NCBI GenBank assembly: GCA_039810425.1
Contig: JBDHWW010000055.1
Location: 1-18,919 of the forward strand
DNA: 18,919 bases
Source: Pseudobdellovibrionaceae bacterium
GTDB taxonomy: Bacteria > Bdellovibrionota > Bdellovibrionia > Bdellovibrionales > Bdellovibrionaceae
Direction of reading: 5' to 3'
Every line of letters begins with the position of its first letter. Within the stretch, counting starts at the first letter, position 1. This document shows, piece after piece, positions 15,045 through 18,919 of the stretch. Position numbers and translations under genes: made by a program. Below the pieces are notes generated by a model. That model was given only the letters and a program-made list of their open reading frames with translations, was not told the origin of the DNA and did no database searches.

Positions 15045-17594
15045 GTGTTTTTACGTTGGGTGTACCGTGAACTTCTCCGCAGTTGGAAGTTCGGACTATT
15101 TTTTATTTTTAATCTGAGCCTTGGTCTGACTGGATACGTATCACTCGAGGCCTTTAAGGTTTCTCTGCAAGATACCTTGAGTGCGAATGCCAAAGCGATC
15201 TTGTCGGCGGATTTAGCTGTGTCAGCGCGCCGTGAACTGACCGGAACGGAAAAGGACGCAATGACAGGAGTCATGGCCCAAGACTCAGTCATGAGCCAGA
15301 CTTATGAGTTCTATGCGATGATGACTTCGGATAAGGGCTCGCGCCTGGTGATGGTCCGCGCGGTGGATGATGCTTACCCGCTTTATGGCACTGTGGGCTT
15401 GGCTTCGGGTGAAGAGGTCCGTGGGGATTCTCCGAATAAAGAGATCCTGAAATCCATGGCGGCTTGGGTGTACCCGGAGCTCGAAGCACAGATTGGTTTG
15501 CACAAGGGCGACGAGATCCAGCTAGGACAATTGAAACTAAAAATTGCCGATGTCATTTCTAAAGATGGTACGCAGACTTTCCGCGCCGCTTCGATTGCGC
15601 CGCGGGTGTTTATTAACCGTGCATTGTTGCCGCAATCGGGGTTGATTCAGTTCGGGAGTACGTTTTCGGTAAATTACTTTTTTAAATTGAAAAACGACGC
15701 GCTCACCGTCGGTCACAAGGCTGAGTTGCTGAAGGTTTTGAAAGATCCGGCGATTCAGATCGAAACCGCAAAGACCGCGAGCGAGGACTCGAGCCGCCAG
15801 TTAGGTTATTTGTCGGACTATCTTGGCTTGGTTGCGATCATTGCGTTATTCATGTCGGCGCTGGGCGCTGCCTATTTGTTCCGTCTTTTCATGACTCAAA
15901 GAATGCGTGAAGTGGCGATCTTGCGCAGCCTGGGTCTGCAGGCGACCCGCGCGGTGAGCCTCTATGCGGCCCAGGTGACGATCCTGGGGCTGTTGTCTTT
16001 GATCCCGACGGTGATTGTGTCTTCGTTGGTGCTGCCACTCTTAAGTGAGCTATTGGCAAGCCTGACGCCGTTTAATTTGTATCCGAGCATGTCCTTGCGA
16101 GTGGTGTTGATGGCTTTGATCCTGGGGGTGATCGGTAGTTTTGTGATCTGTTTGCCGTTTTTGCTCAAGATCCAAGACTTAAAACCATCCCGCCTGTTTG
16201 CGGAGGAGAAATTTTCTTCTTCGATTGAAATTCAGAAGCCTTGGGTGTTTTTACCCGGGATTTTACTTTTCTGGTTGTTGGCAGTGGCGCAGGCAAATTC
16301 ATTTAAAATCGGCTCCGTGTTCGTCGGCGCCTTCTTTGTGGTGCTTTTGATTCTGTCGGCGACGGGAACGTTGTTGTTGATGGCGCTGCGTGGGGCTGGA
16401 AGATTCAAAAACTGGGTGAGCAAGTATTCACTGTTGGGCCTTTCACGCCGTCGTGCGAGCAGTTTGGCCATTTTTATTGCGCTTGGTTTGGGCTCGCTAT
16501 TGATCAATGTTTTGCCACAATTGAAAGTGAGCTTGCAGAATGAGTTTAAAACGGAGTCTGTGTCTAAGATTCCGAGCCTTTTCATGTTTGATATTCAAGA
16601 CGATCAAGTCGAGCCTATCAAAGCGTTTCTGAAGCAACAGGATATCCCCAGTATTGGTTTTTCCCCATTGGTGCGTGCACGGATATTAAAGGTGAATGGC
16701 CAAGAGTTTGAACGGAAAGCCGCAGAGGGTGGTTTTACCACTCGTGAGCAAGAGGCTGAAGCCCGGTTCCGCAACCGTGGCGTGAATCTCTCTTATCGGG
16801 AAGGCGTCAGTGATTCCGAGATGATCGTTGAAGGCCGGCTACTGGCGCCGATGTTTGATCCGGCAAAACAAAAGTATGCAGAACTTTCGGTGGAAGCCAA
16901 GTATGCCGACCGCTTGGGGATCAAAATCGGTGATGTGTTGCAATTTGATGTTCAAGGAGTTGAGATCGACGGGCAGGTGGTAAACTTACGTAAAGTGAAA
17001 TGGACGAGCTTTCAGCCCAACTTCTTCGTGATCATGCAAAATGGTGTTTTGAATGATGCTCCAAAGACTTTCATTACCGCTTTGCCGAAAATGCCCGAGG
17101 CGGAAAAAGAACAAATGCAGATGGAGCTCGCAAAGCGTTTCTCAAATGTGTCTATCGTGGATGTGCAGAGAACCGTGAATGAGGTTCTTAAAATCGCCGA
17201 TCAGATGAGTTGGTCGCTGGAACTGATGGCTGGCTTGGCGTTATTTACCGGCTATGTGGTGCTTTACTCGATTGTCAGCGGTCAAGTGCGCCTGCGCCGT
17301 TGGGAATTGAATATGTTAAAGGTTGTGGGGGCCAAGTTCGGCGCGGTTTCAAGATATCTGGTGCTGGAGTTTGTGACCCTGTCGTTGGCGGCAGGAATCA
17401 TGGGGGCCGGCCTCAGTGTGATCGTCAGTTACTTCATTTCTTACTATGTATTTGAAGGAAGTTTCGTATTTAATTGGGCGTGGCCCGTGTTTACGGCCCT
17501 CGGAGTGTGCGTGCTGAGTGCGCTCATTGCATATTTTGCCAGCCGTCGGGTCGTGAATGAAAGTCCACTTGTGATTTTACAGGAAGAGCGCTAA
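15045..17594 (+). CDS. ybbP: ABC transporter permease (YbbP/FtsX-type, duplicated)
   Basis: 849 aa, two FtsX-like TM blocks, RAVDDAYPLYG, PSLFMFDIQ and LRKVKWTSFQPNFFV; GTG start abuts the ybbA stop. Confidence 0.88.
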   Translation: MFLRWVYRELLRSWKFGLFFIFNLSLGLTGYVSLEAFKVSLQDTLSANAKAILSADLAVSARRELTGTEKDAMTGVMAQDSVMSQTYEFYAMMTSDKGSRLVMVRAVDDAYPLYGTVGLASGEEVRGDSPNKEILKSMAAWVYPELEAQIGLHKGDEIQLGQLKLKIADVISKDGTQTFRAASIAPRVFINRALLPQSGLIQFGSTFSVNYFFKLKNDALTVGHKAELLKVLKDPAIQIETAKTASEDSSRQLGYLSDYLGLVAIIALFMSALGAAYLFRLFMTQRMREVAILRSLGLQATRAVSLYAAQVTILGLLSLIPTVIVSSLVLPLLSELLASLTPFNLYPSMSLRVVLMALILGVIGSFVICLPFLLKIQDLKPSRLFAEEKFSSSIEIQKPWVFLPGILLFWLLAVAQANSFKIGSVFVGAFFVVLLILSATGTLLLMALRGAGRFKNWVSKYSLLGLSRRRASSLAIFIALGLGSLLINVLPQLKVSLQNEFKTESVSKIPSLFMFDIQDDQVEPIKAFLKQQDIPSIGFSPLVRARILKVNGQEFERKAAEGGFTTREQEAEARFRNRGVNLSYREGVSDSEMIVEGRLLAPMFDPAKQKYAELSVEAKYADRLGIKIGDVLQFDVQGVEIDGQVVNLRKVKWTSFQPNFFVIMQNGVLNDAPKTFITALPKMPEAEKEQMQMELAKRFSNVSIVDVQRTVNEVLKIADQMSWSLELMAGLALFTGYVVLYSIVSGQVRLRRWELNMLKVVGAKFGAVSRYLVLEFVTLSLAAGIMGAGLSVIVSYFISYYVFEGSFVFNWAWPVFTALGVCVLSALIAYFASRRVVNESPLVILQEER

Positions 17595-17603
17595 CTACTT
17601 GTT

Positions 17604-18602
17604 ATGGACGCTAAAATCCAACAAGCCGTAGAACTACTCGCGCAGGGTCAAGTCGTGGGAATGCCCACGGAGACTGTCTATGGCTTGGCCGCGCGCATAG
17701 ACCTGCCTGCGGGGATCGAGGCGATCTTTAAAACCAAAGAACGTCCATTCTTTGATCCGCTGATTGTGCATGTTTCTGATCTCAAGCAAGTTGAACAAAT
17801 CACTTCGAGCTTTCCCGAGATTGCCAGGGTCTTGGCTCAGAAATTTTGGCCAGGCCCATTGACGATGATTTTGCCAAAAAGTGTAAAAGTAAATCCGATG
17901 ATCACTTCGGGTTTGGATTCAGTCGGTGTGCGCATGCCGTCGCATCCGGTGGCGCAACAGTTGATTCGTGCGGTGGGTGTGCCACTCGCGGCTCCGAGTG
18001 CAAACAAGTTTGGTAAAACAAGCCCGACCACGGCGACGCATGTCCTTCAAGAATTTAAGAAGGAGAATGTTTTCGTCCTTGAGGGTGGTGAAAGTGAAAT
18101 CGGAATTGAGTCGACAGTTTTATTGGTGAAAGAGGATGGAAAGCTTTCGATCTTACGCAAAGGTCATGTGTTGAAATCCGACATTGAAAAATTTCTTAAA
18201 ACTAAAGGCCTGAGGTTCGAATTCGTCGAGACAGCCGGTAAGAAAGAATCTCCGGGGCACATGAAGCATCACTATATGCCGTCGGTGCCGTTTATTCTTT
18301 GCTTGGATCCGCAGAAAAAGGAAAACGAGATCAGAGAGCTCATTCAAACGAGACTGGCAGAACTTCCGGACACAATTGAAGACGTAAAAATCATCAAACC
18401 TAAGGGCTCGATTCAGAAAATGGCTCGCCTGCAGCTCTCCGAAGACCCAGTTCTTGCGGCGAGAGGTTTCTACTCTCGGTTGCGTGAGCTGGCGGAGCAA
18501 GCGCCTGATTGTATTTTGTTATATAAAGAGCCGTCGCACTCGGGTGAGCGCTGGGAAAGCCTCTATGATCGCATTAATAAAGCGGCAAGTTTAATTCTGT
18601 AG
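17604..18602 (+). CDS. sua5: L-threonylcarbamoyladenylate synthase, Sua5 (TsaC2) type
   Basis: PTETVYGL, K.RP..DPLIVH, FWPGPLT, AAPSAN, GIESTV, linker SPGHMKHHY and a C-terminal SUA5 domain. Confidence 0.95.
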   Translation: MDAKIQQAVELLAQGQVVGMPTETVYGLAARIDLPAGIEAIFKTKERPFFDPLIVHVSDLKQVEQITSSFPEIARVLAQKFWPGPLTMILPKSVKVNPMITSGLDSVGVRMPSHPVAQQLIRAVGVPLAAPSANKFGKTSPTTATHVLQEFKKENVFVLEGGESEIGIESTVLLVKEDGKLSILRKGHVLKSDIEKFLKTKGLRFEFVETAGKKESPGHMKHHYMPSVPFILCLDPQKKENEIRELIQTRLAELPDTIEDVKIIKPKGSIQKMARLQLSEDPVLAARGFYSRLRELAEQAPDCILLYKEPSHSGERWESLYDRINKAASLIL

Positions 18603-18919
18603 CAGTTGTTGGATCTCATCGTTCCATGCATTGGGCTTAAAGTGGTTCTTGGCAACAGGCTTTCCTGAGCGGTACTCATGTTTATTACGTCGAATTCCTT
18701 CCGATGTTGAAAGTAGTACACGCCTGATCTATCAAACTTCCAATATTTTTGGGACTATATACGCTTAGTTTTTGCGTCAGAGTGCGTTCTCGAGGCGGTG
18801 AGGCCCCCTATAAGAGTTTCTTATACTGCAAATTGATTAAATAAATGGGTATTCCGACTTTCTTGTGGGAAGCAGTGCGTAGCTGGTTGAAATCTGCCTA
18901 AGTTTTGGGCTTTTATTTT

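Overview
The window has two parts. Positions 1-6745 are an AT-richer accessory island abutting the 3' end of a minus-strand tRNA-Ser(GGA) (6746-6835). The island holds an intact ISCR-type (IS91-family, HUH rolling-circle) transposase whose oriIS end truncates an MFS transporter gene, two lipoprotein genes, and an FAD oxidoreductase gene cut off by an inverted 291-bp internal copy of the same transposase. It also holds a small serine recombinase and a 55-aa membrane ORF missing from the ORF track; these two are bracketed by inverted copies of a 13-bp motif. Integrase arm-like repeats lie next to the tRNA. Positions 6836-18602 look like core chromosome: a lipoprotein; a coupled minus-strand operon HNH nuclease-GNAT-large adenosine-deaminase-fold protein-ampG; slyD; yajQ; a Gly-rich RRM protein; tesA-ybbA-ybbP; and sua5. 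Gene content and protein style suggest a Bdellovibrio-like (Bdellovibrionota) host, which is inference. The most interesting signals are the mosaic inverted transposase fragment (possible antisense trap or inversion switch), the motif-bracketed recombinase module at the tRNA, a shared CTCAT at or near breakpoints, and an RxPAS motif shared by two unrelated lipoproteins. All calls come from manual reading; no database searches were run.
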